Shown here in pieces: positions 43,192 to 51,850 of a DNA stretch of 52,399 nucleotides. Where the stretch lies: positions 1-52,399 of the forward strand of contig DATDME010000098.1 in the NCBI GenBank assembly GCA_036518915.1, read 5' to 3'. The notes below the pieces were generated by a model. It was given only the letters and a program-made list of their open reading frames with translations. It did not search any database and was not told the DNA's origin. A program made the position numbers and the translations under genes. Position 1 is the first letter of the stretch. Each line of letters begins with the position of its first letter. The DNA comes from Candidatus Saccharimonadia bacterium. GTDB lineage: Bacteria > Patescibacteriota > Saccharimonadia > UBA4664.

Positions 43192-44313
43192 TTGCCTGAC
43201 AAGAACGAAGCGCTGGATGAAAAAGACCAGCCGAAGACCGAGGCTAAGGCTGAGTCGAAAGCTAAACCGGAAATCAAAACTGCTGAATCTAAAACACCCA
43301 AAGACTCTCCAAGCTCGGTGGCTGTAGCGGCTAAGAAGCTTGATCCAGCCCAGCGGGCCAGCGCGAAGGCCAAAGCCATGGCTGGCGTGGTGCGATCGCG
43401 CAGTTTCCGCAGCACTGCGCTGAAGGTGGGCGCGGTGGTGGTGGCGCTGCTGGCGATTGTGGTGATTGTGTTTGGTGTGCTGATTTACAAGTACAAGAGC
43501 GAGAGCCCGGCCGTGCGGATTGTGTCGTCGATTATTCCGTACCCGATTGAGCAGGTGAATGGCCGGTTTGTATCCTACAACGACTACCTATTTGAGGTAG
43601 ACGCCAACGAGAAGGCTTATCAGAATAACGCCAAGCTGAATAACCAGCCGGCGGTCAACTTTAACTCGGCTGACGGCAAGAAGTTGGTGGCGCAAATCAA
43701 GCAGCATGCGCTCGATAAGCTCAAGAATGATGCCGTAACGCGCCAGCTGGCCGATCAGAAGCACGTGAAGGTCACCGACAAGGAGGTAAATGACCTCATT
43801 AATCAGCTGTACGACCGGTACGGCGGGAAAGACACGCTTCTGAAGACGCTTAACCAAATTTACGGCTGGAACATCAACGACCTGAAAAAGGTTATCCGGA
43901 TGCAGCTGCTGGCCAAGAATCTTGAGGACAAGGTAACGTCTGACCCGACGGTTGATGCGGCCGCCAAGGCTAAGGCCGAGGACGTGCTCAAGAAAATCAA
44001 AGACGGTGGCGACTTTGCTGCCCTGGCGAAGCAGTACTCGCAGGCGTCTGACGCGGCGAATGGTGGCGACCTTGGCTTCTTCACCAAGGGCCAGCTGCCC
44101 GATAACGTCCAGGCCGCGGCTGAAGCCCTGCAGCCCGACCAGGTCAGCGATGTCATCAAGACCCAGTACGGCTATGAAATCCTGAAAGTCGTGGAGAAGA
44201 AGGACGACGGTTCCATCCACGGTATGCACATTCTCATTAAGACTATCGACTTCAATGACTGGTTCCAGCAGCAAGTCGATAAGGCTAAGGTCACTAAGTA
44301 CATCAATGGCTAA
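43192..44313 (+). CDS. Membrane-anchored parvulin-type peptidyl-prolyl isomerase (PrsA/SurA-like)
   Basis: 373 aa. N-terminal Lys/Ala/Glu-rich region plus TM, and a PpiC domain (DFAALAKQYSQ..GGDLGFFTKGQL..YGYEILKV). TTG start with SD gaggag. Confidence 0.85.
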   Translation: MPDKNEALDEKDQPKTEAKAESKAKPEIKTAESKTPKDSPSSVAVAAKKLDPAQRASAKAKAMAGVVRSRSFRSTALKVGAVVVALLAIVVIVFGVLIYKYKSESPAVRIVSSIIPYPIEQVNGRFVSYNDYLFEVDANEKAYQNNAKLNNQPAVNFNSADGKKLVAQIKQHALDKLKNDAVTRQLADQKHVKVTDKEVNDLINQLYDRYGGKDTLLKTLNQIYGWNINDLKKVIRMQLLAKNLEDKVTSDPTVDAAAKAKAEDVLKKIKDGGDFAALAKQYSQASDAANGGDLGFFTKGQLPDNVQAAAEALQPDQVSDVIKTQYGYEILKVVEKKDDGSIHGMHILIKTIDFNDWFQQQVDKAKVTKYING

Positions 44314-44872
44314 ACTCAACGTTGTAGTCATTGAGGGCACCACGAGGGAGCGGCGGTTGAGCATTAACGCCGCCCGCCTCGTGGCCGAAGAGGGGCGCAA
44401 GCTGCCAGACGTGGAGATTGTTTTTATCGATCCGACGGAATTTGAGTTCCACGGTGACGGCAACGACCCTGAGGGTAAAAACCCCAAATACACTGCGATT
44501 ACGGAGCAGGCGGATGCGTTTTTCATTGTGTCGCCCGAATACAACCACTCGTTCCCAGGCTCGCTGAAGCGCCTGCTCGATTCTGAGCTCGAAAACTATG
44601 TTCATAAGCCAGTGGCGTTTGCCGGGGTTTCCAATGGTGGCTGGGGTGGCGTGCGCATGATTGAGGCGCTGGTGAATACGGTGCGCGAGATGGGCTTGGC
44701 GGCGACGTTTACTGACGTGCACTTCCCGCGGGTGCAGGACATGTTCGATGATAAAGGCAAATTGAAGCCTGAGTTTGCCGTGCAGCGCGAGCGCATCCAG
44801 CGGACCTATGCTGAACTGGTGTGGATGGCGAAGACGTTGAAGTGGGGTCGCGAGAACCTGCCCCGCGCCTAA
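44306..44872 (+). CDS. NAD(P)H-dependent FMN reductase family protein
   Basis: MAKLNVVVIEGTTRERRLS.. and SPEYNHSFPGSLK motif. ATG 44306 is preferred over 44255. Confidence 0.82.
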   Translation: MAKLNVVVIEGTTRERRLSINAARLVAEEGRKLPDVEIVFIDPTEFEFHGDGNDPEGKNPKYTAITEQADAFFIVSPEYNHSFPGSLKRLLDSELENYVHKPVAFAGVSNGGWGGVRMIEALVNTVREMGLAATFTDVHFPRVQDMFDDKGKLKPEFAVQRERIQRTYAELVWMAKTLKWGRENLPRA

Positions 44873-44934
44873 CCGAGGGTGTGGTGGCTTGCTCTAGCGA
44901 GGCAAATCTGGTACCATTTAGCGGTTAGTTACAC

Positions 44935-45011
44935 GGGCTCGTGGTGTAGAGGCCTAACATGCCTCCCTGTCACGGAGGAGATCGCCGGTTCGAATCCGGT
45001 CGAGCCCGCCA
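44935..45011 (+). tRNA. tRNA-Asp (anticodon GTC)
   Basis: GGGCTCG..CCTCC-ctGTCac-GGAGG..GCCGG-TTCGAAT-CCGGT-CGAGCCC-G-CCA. Confidence 0.93.
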
Positions 45012-45020
45012 AAGTAAGAA

Positions 45021-45043
45021 CCTCACCGTAAGGTGGGGTTTTT
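45021..45043 (+). terminator. Intrinsic terminator after tRNA-Asp
   Basis: cctcacc-gtaa-ggtgggg followed by TTTTT. Confidence 0.8.
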
Positions 45044-45162
45044 ACTTTGGCTGTGTCGGGCTCGCCGGATGAGAACCTTAGGTTCGGTGGACGAGGAGCG
45101 CAAAAACAGACGAGTTTGGCTCTACAGAGCTATTTTTGTTCGGCCCAGCGGCGGTAGGCGGG

Positions 45163-45783
45163 TTATTGGTTCGTGACGGCTTCGGCTTGGCGTTCTGCCT
45201 CAACGACTTTGCCACGGTCGGTGAAGTACGTCCGGTAGTAGGCTTCGAGCCCGGCCGGTAATTTGGCGTATTCAGTCCCCAACAGCGAATGGGCCTCGTC
45301 AAGCCGGTCGGCGGCGGAGGTTTGGCCGGCTAGCTCATCATGGAGACCATCGGCGTCATGCTGGTTAATACCGGCTTGCAGATCTGGGGCGATGGCAGTT
45401 TTTTGGCTGTCCGATAGGCGACGGTAGGCCAGGTGGAGCATTTCGTGCGCGGCGGTTACGACGGTTTGCTGGGGGCTGGCTGGGTCGTCCAAGACGTAAA
45501 TTTCGCCCTGGCTGGTGAGGCAGCCGAGGCGTTCGGCGTCGCAAACTTGCTGGATGGTGGCGGCCCCGGCGAAGTGTGGGTTGCTGCGCAGTAAAAGCCG
45601 GCGGCCGGCGGGTGTCAGGCCGGCCGCGGTGGCCACGCGCTCGGTTTGGGCGGACGGCTGGTGGGTAGCAAAGAAAACCCAATCTGTTACGGTGACGCGG
45701 TGCAAGTAGGCCCAGCCGAGCAGGGCGAGGAGTCCGGCCACAAAAATGGCATCAAACCAGCGGTTGGTACGAAATTGGCCCAT
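45163..45783 (-). CDS. Membrane-anchored hypothetical protein with an HExxH motif (putative zinc metalloprotease)
   Basis: MGQFRTNRWFDAIFVAGLLALLGWAYL.. (TM), ..TAAHEMLHLAY... ATG 45783 is preferred. The ORF-track extension to 45888 translates the tandem repeat. Confidence 0.55.
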   Translation of the reverse strand: MGQFRTNRWFDAIFVAGLLALLGWAYLHRVTVTDWVFFATHQPSAQTERVATAAGLTPAGRRLLLRSNPHFAGAATIQQVCDAERLGCLTSQGEIYVLDDPASPQQTVVTAAHEMLHLAYRRLSDSQKTAIAPDLQAGINQHDADGLHDELAGQTSAADRLDEAHSLLGTEYAKLPAGLEAYYRTYFTDRGKVVEAERQAEAVTNQ

Positions 45784-45811
45784 GGTGCATTCAGCATAGC
45801 ATGCGGCGTCC

Positions 45812-45853
45812 GAGCGTAAGCGTGTTGTGCTTGAGCGTAAGCGGGTTGTGCTC
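45812..45853. repeat. 21-bp tandem direct repeat (x2, 2 mismatches) in a divergent promoter region
   Basis: gagcgtaagcgtgttgtgctt / gagcgtaagcgggttgtgctc, ending 5 nt upstream of the TGGTATGAT box. Confidence 0.85.
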
Positions 45854-45858
45854 GGTTG

Positions 45859-45867
45859 TGGTATGAT
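45859..45867 (+). promoter_or_regulatory. Candidate extended -10 (TGGTATGAT) for the 45887 gene
   Basis: TGnTATGAT, 20 nt upstream of ATG 45887. Confidence 0.35.
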
Positions 45868-45886
45868 AAACCTATAACGTAGGTGC

Positions 45887-46354
45887 ATGCAGGTGGATCA
45901 GCCACGACCAGTCCGTAGGATGTCAGACATGGGACCGCGCCGGATGGACGGCGCCGTGGCTGGTGGCCAAATGGGGCCGCGTCCGGCCGGGCCGGGTGTG
46001 CAACGTTCTGGGGTAGCGGCCCGGCCGGGCATGGGCCAGCGGCCGGCCGGCGCGGTGCCGCCGCCACGTCCGCTGGCAAGCAATCCACAGATGCGCCCAA
46101 GCCAGCCGGTGCGTCGGCCCATGCAACCGGCGGGTGGTCGCCAGTTGGGCCACCAGGCCAGCGTCCAGCTGGCCGCGCCCGCGCAGAGCCAAAGGCCCGC
46201 GCAGAGCCAAAAGCCAGCGCAGGGTCAGCAATCAGTGCAGGGCCAAAAAATGAACAGCGGTGTCTGGATTGTGTTGCAATTTGTGATTGGCCTGGCGGTA
46301 ATAGCGGGCGTGGCGGCGGCCGTCGTCTGGTTATGGGTTAAGTATTACCAGTAG
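45887..46354 (+). CDS. Pro/Gln/Arg-rich low-complexity protein with a C-terminal TM anchor
   Basis: 155 aa. Repetitive ..RPAGPG..QRPAQSQKPAQGQQ.. followed by GVWIVLQFVIGLAVIAGVAAAVVWLWV. Confidence 0.55.
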   Translation: MQVDQPRPVRRMSDMGPRRMDGAVAGGQMGPRPAGPGVQRSGVAARPGMGQRPAGAVPPPRPLASNPQMRPSQPVRRPMQPAGGRQLGHQASVQLAAPAQSQRPAQSQKPAQGQQSVQGQKMNSGVWIVLQFVIGLAVIAGVAAAVVWLWVKYYQ

Positions 46355-46382
46355 GTGAAAAACCAGTGAGGGAGGTGAGCAG

Positions 46383-46799
46383 GTGGTAAGCCGATGGGTG
46401 GCAATTTCGGGCGGTACGGTTATGCTGGCTGTGGTGGCGGCTGGTCTGGCGGAGGCGACCTTGGCTTTCGGTCAGGTCGGACGAATCAGTGATGACGCGG
46501 GCGTCCGCCATGCCGTGGTCACGCTCACGCCAAAGCTCACGGCTACCCCCGTGCCAACACCGGCTCCCACGGTGACGCCGACGGTGGCGCCTACCCCGGT
46601 ACCAACGGCGGTGGCGCCTCATGCGGTCACTAATTCATTTGTGCACCTGCGCCAGAGCAACTCAACGAGTTCGGCTATTTTGATGGATCTCAACGGCGGC
46701 ACGATCGTTACCTTGCTGCCGTACAGCGATTCCCAGTGGCAACAAGTGCAGTACAATGGCCTGACGGGCTACATTTTTAGGTCTTACCTGATGTACTGA
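46383..46799 (+). CDS. Membrane-anchored SH3b-domain protein
   Basis: 138 aa. N-terminal TM, a Pro/Thr/Val linker (TPVPTPAPTVTPTVAPTPVPT) and a C-terminal SH3b-like VHLRQSNSTSSAILMDLNGGTIVTLL..WQQVQYNGLTGYIFRSYL. Confidence 0.7.
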   Translation: MVSRWVAISGGTVMLAVVAAGLAEATLAFGQVGRISDDAGVRHAVVTLTPKLTATPVPTPAPTVTPTVAPTPVPTAVAPHAVTNSFVHLRQSNSTSSAILMDLNGGTIVTLLPYSDSQWQQVQYNGLTGYIFRSYLMY

Positions 46800-46800
46800 T

Positions 46801-46826
46801 CTACAGCCCGCGCAAAACAAAACCTG
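46801..46826. repeat. Diverged copy (D) of the element-B left arm
   Basis: ctacagcccgcgcaaaacaaaacctg matches 19820-19845 ctatagcccccgcaaaacaaaacgtg at about 22 of 26 positions. The following cctcacttgctcacc resembles the B-core ccctcaccgtgctcgtgag. No clear partner arm. Confidence 0.45.
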
Positions 46827-46873
46827 CATCCTCACTTGCTCACCTGTGGTTTACGCGACGAGCGCATTGGCCG

Positions 46874-46882
46874 TGATATACA
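46874..46882 (+). promoter_or_regulatory. Candidate extended -10 (TGATATACA)
   Basis: Same TGATATA core as 192, 2936 and 10748. Lies about 100 nt upstream of the 58-aa ORF. Confidence 0.3.
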
Positions 46883-46985
46883 AAAGAATTTCCTAAGAGC
46901 CGCGAGCGGTTTGTAAGTTACTCTAATGGACGATGACCCCGGTTCCGACATACTAACGGTGTTAGTTTAATGAGGGAACAAAATA

Positions 46986-47162
46986 GTGGGCCGGTCAAGA
47001 ATTCGCAAAATCAAATCTGCTAATATCCAAAGCCAACAGCAGGACCTGTACGACGTGTTTTACATGAGCCCGGATGAAGCTCGTAAGGCGCTCGAACAGA
47101 AGTACGAATTTCTCGCTGACCGTTACGAACGGCGGTTTCCTAAGTACAAAGGCATCAGCTAG
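46986..47162 (+). CDS. Unlisted 58-aa basic/helical small protein
   Basis: GTG start. MGRSRIRKIKSANIQSQQQDLYDVFYMSPDEARKALEQKYEFLADRYERRFPKYKGIS. SD gaggga sits 9 nt upstream and a strong terminator follows. The 64-aa minus-strand ORF (46995-47189) is taken as its shadow. Confidence 0.5.
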   Translation: MGRSRIRKIKSANIQSQQQDLYDVFYMSPDEARKALEQKYEFLADRYERRFPKYKGIS

Positions 47163-47182
47163 CCCAGGACTCTTGCTCAGGC

Positions 47183-47211
47183 AAGGCACCGGCTTCGGCC
47201 GGTGCCTTTTT
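47183..47211 (+). terminator. Intrinsic terminator
   Basis: aaggcaccggc-ttcg-gccggtgcctt followed by a T-run. Confidence 0.85.
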
Positions 47212-47292
47212 GTGTTGGATGACTGAGTCTGCGGAGGCTCCGGAGGCTGGCAAAGTCCGGCCTTTTTTGTTAAGCTGATCTGGTTAAAATAT

Positions 47293-47368
47293 GCCGATGT
47301 AGCTCAGTTGGTAGAGCAGTGCTTTCGTAAAGCAAAGGTCATGGGTTCGAGTCCCTTCATCGGCTCCA
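47293..47368 (+). tRNA. tRNA-Thr (anticodon CGT)
   Basis: GCCGATG-TA-GCTC-AGTTGGTA-GAGC..ttCGTaa..TTCGAGT..CATCGGC-T-CCA. One mismatch each in the anticodon and T stems. Confidence 0.8.
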
Positions 47369-47376
47369 GGGTGAGC

Positions 47377-47487
47377 CTTTTACAGTGCATATCGCTTCGT
47401 CTGATGCTGCAGTTCTCCTGCGCCGTACGTCTATGTACGGCTTAGTCCGGGCTTCGCTTCATCCTGGCGCTATATCACTGTAAAAGT
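47377..47487. repeat. Palindromic intergenic element E2 (spacer between tRNA-Thr and tRNA-Gly)
   Basis: Arms cttttacagtg (47377-47387) and cactgtaaaag (47477-47487) are perfectly complementary. The core ccgtacgtctatgtacggct (47423-47442) is shared with E1. Confidence 0.65.
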
Positions 47488-47507
47488 CTCACTGTGGGCT
47501 CAAGCCT

Positions 47508-47581
47508 GCGGGTATAGTACATCGGTAGTATGCGACCTTCCCAAGGTTGAGAGACGGGTTCGATTCCCGTTACCCGCTCCA
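47508..47581 (+). tRNA. tRNA-Gly (anticodon CCC)
   Basis: GCGGGTA..CGACC-ttCCCaa-GGTTG..ACGGG-TTCGATT-CCCGT-TACCCGC-T-CCA. Confidence 0.88.
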
Positions 47582-47607
47582 AGGAATTATTCGTTTGATG
47601 ATATATA

Positions 47608-48024
47608 ATGGCAAGCATGAAGACCTTCCCGCCTGTGGTTGCGGCCCGGCGGATTTTTCAAGACGTTAGTGCTCGCGTGATAGCTTCGCGGTTCTTCCGC
47701 GACGGCTTGTCGATGGGCCTGTTGGGGCTGGCAGTGGTGCTCAATGTGGTGACCATGGCCTGGCTGCTGCTGAGGGTGCATCCGAATGATGTGCCGGTGC
47801 CGGTGAGGTACTCAAACTTGCTGGGTGGTTTTGACCAGCTGGGCCCATGGTACTGGCCATTTGTGATTGCCGGGTTTGCTCTCTCAGTTACGCTGTTCAA
47901 TGCTGGGTTTGCGTATTATAGCTTCCATCGGAGCCGGCTGGTGAGCTTCTTTTTGCTGGTGACATCGAATGTGGTGGGTGCGTTTAGCTTGATTGTGTCC
48001 TCGGCGTTTGGGGTGGTGCGGTGA
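47608..48024 (+). CDS. Small polytopic membrane protein, translationally coupled to the GT2 gene
   Basis: 138 aa and about 4 TM. Its stop overlaps the GTG start of the next gene. Confidence 0.6.
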   Translation: MASMKTFPPVVAARRIFQDVSARVIASRFFRDGLSMGLLGLAVVLNVVTMAWLLLRVHPNDVPVPVRYSNLLGGFDQLGPWYWPFVIAGFALSVTLFNAGFAYYSFHRSRLVSFFLLVTSNVVGAFSLIVSSAFGVVR

Positions 48025-49718
48025 GTCGGCGCGCCGAGGTGATGACGGGCGGCCCGGCGTGGGTTGATAGCCGTTGGTTCCAGCGCCTGCTGGAAATCTT
48101 TCCGGGAACCATGATGTGGCTGACATTTATTTTGCCCGTTTTATGCAGCTTGGTTTGGCCGGTGGCGGTGGCATATTACATCATTGCGTTTGACCTGTAC
48201 TGGATGGTGAAATCCTTCCGGCTGAGCTTTAACCTCATTCGGGCTTACAAGCGGCTGCATTGGGCGCGGGGGATTGATTGGGACGCCCGCTTAGACCAAT
48301 TAGACGATTTGAACACATCAATTGCTCAGGCGGTAGAAGCCAAAAATGACTTTGCCAAGGCACATCCTGGTATCCAACGGTGGTGGACGCGTTATGGCAG
48401 CGCCGAGCGCAAAGCGTACCAGTACCTGCTGGCAGAAGAGCGCCGGCTGCGCAGTTTGGTGCCATATCGGCTCGAAATGATAGCACCAGGGGATGTTTAC
48501 CACGCGGTAATCATGGCCACGTACAACGAGTCATTGGACATTCTTGAGCCGTCGGTGAAAGCCTTGTTGGGCGTGGATTATCCGCTCGACCGGATCATTT
48601 TTGTGCTGGCCTATGAGGAGCGGGGCGGCGAGCGTACGGCGGAAAACGCCCGAATTATCATGGAGCGTTATGGCGATAAATTTGCGTTCGCCATGGCTGT
48701 GCAGCACCCCAGCGGGATTGCGGGCGAGGTGATCGGCAAAGGCGGCAACATCAGCTACGCTGGGCGCAAGCTCACTGAGGCAATCCTGCAGTGGGGCATC
48801 AATCCTGAGCACGTGGTGGTGACCACGCTGGATTCCGATAACCGGGTGAGCGCGCCGTACTTCAATTATGTGACCTATGAATTTGCGATTGATCCGCGGC
48901 GCAAGTACAAGGCCTACCAGCCGGTACCCATGTTCTACAACAATATTTGGGACGCGCCGGCGGCCATGCGGGTGATTGCTACGGGGAACTCGTTCTGGGT
49001 GCTCATGGAAATGATGCGGCCGCACCGCTTGCGCAACTTCGCGGCGCACTCACAGCCGTTGGCGGCGCTTATCGACACCGACTACTGGAGCGTGAAGACG
49101 ATCGTGGAAGACGGCCACCAGTATTGGCGGTCGTGGTTCCGCTATGACGGCAACTACGACGTGGTGCCAATTTTTACGCCAATCTACCAAGATGCGGTAC
49201 TAGCCGACACTTACTTCAAGACGTTTCGGGCGCAATTTTTGCAGCTGCGGCGTTGGGCTTGGGGCGCCAGCGATTTCGCGTACGTGATGCGGCATGCCAT
49301 CGCCAACCCGCGGATTAGCTTGGGCACAAAGATCGCCCAGCTGTTCCGGTTGTTTGAAGGCCATTATTCATGGGCGACGGCGCCGCTCATTCTGTTGTTT
49401 ACGGCTTGGCTGCCGCTATACCTTAACCGGCAGTTTAGCTACATGGCATTGGCGCACAACTTGCCAATCATCACCTCACGGATACTCGCAATGGCCTCTA
49501 TCACACTGGTGCTCACGATAATTTTGAGTGTGATTATGCTGCCGCCGAAGCCGCCACGCTATCACCAGGTACGGTTTGTTACGATGCTGGCCCAGTGGGT
49601 GCTGTTGCCGCTCGTGAGTATTGTGTTTAACGCCTTTGCCGCAATTAACGCGCAAACCAGGCTGATGTTTGGTAAATACCTTGAGTTTTACGTAACCGAG
49701 AAGGCCACCAAGAAATGA
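48021..49718 (+). CDS. Membrane-bound family-2 glycosyltransferase (processive synthase type)
   Basis: 565 aa. ATYNES.., TLDSDN and QLRRWAWG (QxxRW) motifs, with TM segments at both ends. Confidence 0.82.
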   Translation: MSRRAEVMTGGPAWVDSRWFQRLLEIFPGTMMWLTFILPVLCSLVWPVAVAYYIIAFDLYWMVKSFRLSFNLIRAYKRLHWARGIDWDARLDQLDDLNTSIAQAVEAKNDFAKAHPGIQRWWTRYGSAERKAYQYLLAEERRLRSLVPYRLEMIAPGDVYHAVIMATYNESLDILEPSVKALLGVDYPLDRIIFVLAYEERGGERTAENARIIMERYGDKFAFAMAVQHPSGIAGEVIGKGGNISYAGRKLTEAILQWGINPEHVVVTTLDSDNRVSAPYFNYVTYEFAIDPRRKYKAYQPVPMFYNNIWDAPAAMRVIATGNSFWVLMEMMRPHRLRNFAAHSQPLAALIDTDYWSVKTIVEDGHQYWRSWFRYDGNYDVVPIFTPIYQDAVLADTYFKTFRAQFLQLRRWAWGASDFAYVMRHAIANPRISLGTKIAQLFRLFEGHYSWATAPLILLFTAWLPLYLNRQFSYMALAHNLPIITSRILAMASITLVLTIILSVIMLPPKPPRYHQVRFVTMLAQWVLLPLVSIVFNAFAAINAQTRLMFGKYLEFYVTEKATKK

Positions 49719-50761
49719 ACTATCTGCTGGGCTTTGGCATGGCCTTGGCTCTGGCGGCGGCGCTGACACCCTGGGTGCGGCGGTTTGCCCTGGCTCGGGG
49801 GATTGTTGACCGGCCGACCGAGGCGCGCAAGATCCACACGCATGAGGTAGCCTACTTGGGCGGGGTGGCCATCTTTGCCGCGTTTGGGCTGACGGCTTTG
49901 AGTTTATCGCTCATGTCGCGGCAACTGGCGGCATTGCTGTTGGGCTGCTCGGTGCTGGTGGTGATTGGGGTGATTGATGACGTGCGCGGCCTAACGCCGC
50001 GCACCAAGCTGCTGTGGCAGTTCGTGGCGGCGGGCATTGCGCTGGCGGGCGGTATTGGCATTACCTCCATCACGAACCCGCTGGGCGGGGTGGTTAATTT
50101 GAGTTGGGGCCGGACGGCTGTGGCCCTGGGTCCGCTGCACTTTCACATCATGCCTATCGCCAACGCGCTGAGTTTACTGTGGATGGTCGGCTTGGCCAAC
50201 ACCATAAACTTTTTGGATGGGCTTGATGGTTTGGCAAGCGGTGTGTCGGGGATTGCGGCGGTGATTATGTTCGCGTTGTCGGCGGGGCCGCATGTGCATC
50301 AGCCCGAGGTGGCGCTGCTGGCGATTATTGTGGCCGGCGCGGCCTTTGGGTTTTTGCCGTATAATTTCTATCCGGCCCGGATTTTTATGGGTGATAGTGG
50401 TGCGTACTTCCTCGGCCTGGTGCTGGCGATGCTGGCAATTTACTCGGGAGCCAAGCTGGCCACGGCGGCGCTGGTATTGGGCGTGCCGATTGTAGATAGT
50501 ATATGGGCGGCCACCCGGCGCATGGCGCATGGGACGTCGCCGTTTCGGGCTGACCGGCAGCATTTTCATCACCTCCTGCTGGATGCCGGCATGACGCAGC
50601 GGCAGGCCGTGTTGACACTCTACGTGGTGGTGGCGGCGTTTGGTTCGGTGGCGCTGATGATTGGGTCGTTTTCAAAACTGATGGCGTTATTCGTGCTGGT
50701 GGGCCTCATGGCGGTGGCCATTGTGGGCCTGCTGCGGCGGAGTTTAAAGCGGCCAGTGTGA
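49715..50761 (+). CDS. Polyprenyl-phosphate N-acetylhexosamine-1-phosphate transferase (MraY/WecA family, GT4)
   Basis: 348 aa and multi-TM. NTINFLDGLDGLASG and MGDSGAYFLG motifs. ATGA overlap with the GT2 gene. Confidence 0.88.
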   Translation: MNYLLGFGMALALAAALTPWVRRFALARGIVDRPTEARKIHTHEVAYLGGVAIFAAFGLTALSLSLMSRQLAALLLGCSVLVVIGVIDDVRGLTPRTKLLWQFVAAGIALAGGIGITSITNPLGGVVNLSWGRTAVALGPLHFHIMPIANALSLLWMVGLANTINFLDGLDGLASGVSGIAAVIMFALSAGPHVHQPEVALLAIIVAGAAFGFLPYNFYPARIFMGDSGAYFLGLVLAMLAIYSGAKLATAALVLGVPIVDSIWAATRRMAHGTSPFRADRQHFHHLLLDAGMTQRQAVLTLYVVVAAFGSVALMIGSFSKLMALFVLVGLMAVAIVGLLRRSLKRPV

Positions 50762-50790
50762 TAAGATAGTGGAGTAACGGGAGGTCTCCC

Positions 50791-51120
50791 ATGCAGCCCA
50801 AATATCTCCAGGAGTTGATCCGCAATCTCCAAGAGTTCTACAAGTGTCCGTCGTGTGAGACGAACTACTTCTTCGATGATATTCGGTTCCTGGGAGAGAT
50901 TGACGCGTACTGCTTTGTGCAGCTATCGTGCCACAATTGCTCTTTGCCGGTGTTGGCGACCGTTACCGTGAACGGCAAGAGTGGAGCCAAGCGCAAGTCG
51001 GATCTGCGGCAGAGCGAAGAAGCCAAGTTTGCCTCAAAGGGGGCGATTTCGGCCAGCGAGATTGCCGAGTTCCATCGCTGGATTTCCAAGAGCAAGCGTC
51101 TCGTGAAGAAAGCCAAATAA
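50791..51120 (+). CDS. Hypothetical zinc-ribbon protein
   Basis: 109 aa. CPSC..(27 aa)..CHNC, with a basic C-terminus. SD gggagg. Confidence 0.55.
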   Translation: MQPKYLQELIRNLQEFYKCPSCETNYFFDDIRFLGEIDAYCFVQLSCHNCSLPVLATVTVNGKSGAKRKSDLRQSEEAKFASKGAISASEIAEFHRWISKSKRLVKKAK

Positions 51121-51134
51121 GGAGATACCCAGAT

Positions 51135-51806
51135 ATGGAAGCAATCGAGCTCGTGGCGGCTAAGCGGAGTACGGTCGGTAAGAAAGTCGCGGCCTTGCGT
51201 GCGGCGGGCAGTGTCCCGGCGGTGGTATACGGCCGTGGGGTCGAGAGTGAGTCCATTGAGATCAATGCCCGGGAAATGGAACGCGTCTTTGCCCAGGCCG
51301 GTGGCAATAAGATTGTGGCGCTGAAGGTGGGCTCAGGCAAGCCGCGCAACGTGCTCATCCACGACGTCCAAACCGGCGGCCTGCGCGGCGAGCTGCGCCA
51401 CGTCGATTTCTACGCCGTGCGCATGAACGAGAAATTGACGGCTGAGGTACCGCTGCACTTCGTGGGCGAATCTAGCGCCGTGCGTCAGGATGACGGCGTG
51501 CTGGTACGGCAGATGGAGGCCGTTGAGGTATCCTGCTTGCCTGCCGATTTGCCTGAGGCCATTGAAGTCGACATTACGCCCTTAGCGGACTTTGACCAAA
51601 CCATTACGCTGGGCGATCTGAAGCTGCCCAAGGGCGTTGAGCTGGCCGAAGATGACCTCACGCAGCTAGTGGCCAAGGTTGAGCCGCCGCGCAGTGAGGC
51701 CGAAATGGCCGAGCTCGAGGAGTCGGTGGAGGGTGAATTGCCCGAAGGTGTGGCCGAGGACCAGACCGCCGTTAAGGAAGAAAACAGCGGCAGCGCTGAC
51801 CGCTAA
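51135..51806 (+). CDS. rplY: 50S ribosomal protein L25 / general stress protein Ctc
   Basis: MEAIELVAAKRSTVGKKVAALRAAGSVPAVVYGRG.. with an acidic C-terminal tail. SD aaggaga. The ORF-track start at 50928 was rejected. Confidence 0.9.
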   Translation: MEAIELVAAKRSTVGKKVAALRAAGSVPAVVYGRGVESESIEINAREMERVFAQAGGNKIVALKVGSGKPRNVLIHDVQTGGLRGELRHVDFYAVRMNEKLTAEVPLHFVGESSAVRQDDGVLVRQMEAVEVSCLPADLPEAIEVDITPLADFDQTITLGDLKLPKGVELAEDDLTQLVAKVEPPRSEAEMAELEESVEGELPEGVAEDQTAVKEENSGSADR

Positions 51807-51822
51807 CTGTAAATTTGATGGC

Positions 51823-51848
51823 AAAAACCCCGCTGCGGCGGGGTTTTT
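51823..51848. terminator. Bidirectional intrinsic terminator between rplY and nrdR
   Basis: aaaaaccccgc-tgcg-gcggggttttt, with an A-run and a T-run flanking the stem. Confidence 0.85.
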
Positions 51849-51850
51849 GG

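Noticed and set aside
45095-45150. Possible additional degenerate palindromic element (gcaaaaacag..ctatttttgt) downstream of the HExxH gene.
   Set aside because: Only a short AT-rich stem with one mismatch, and no shared core with families A-D or E1/E2. It may simply be a weak terminator.
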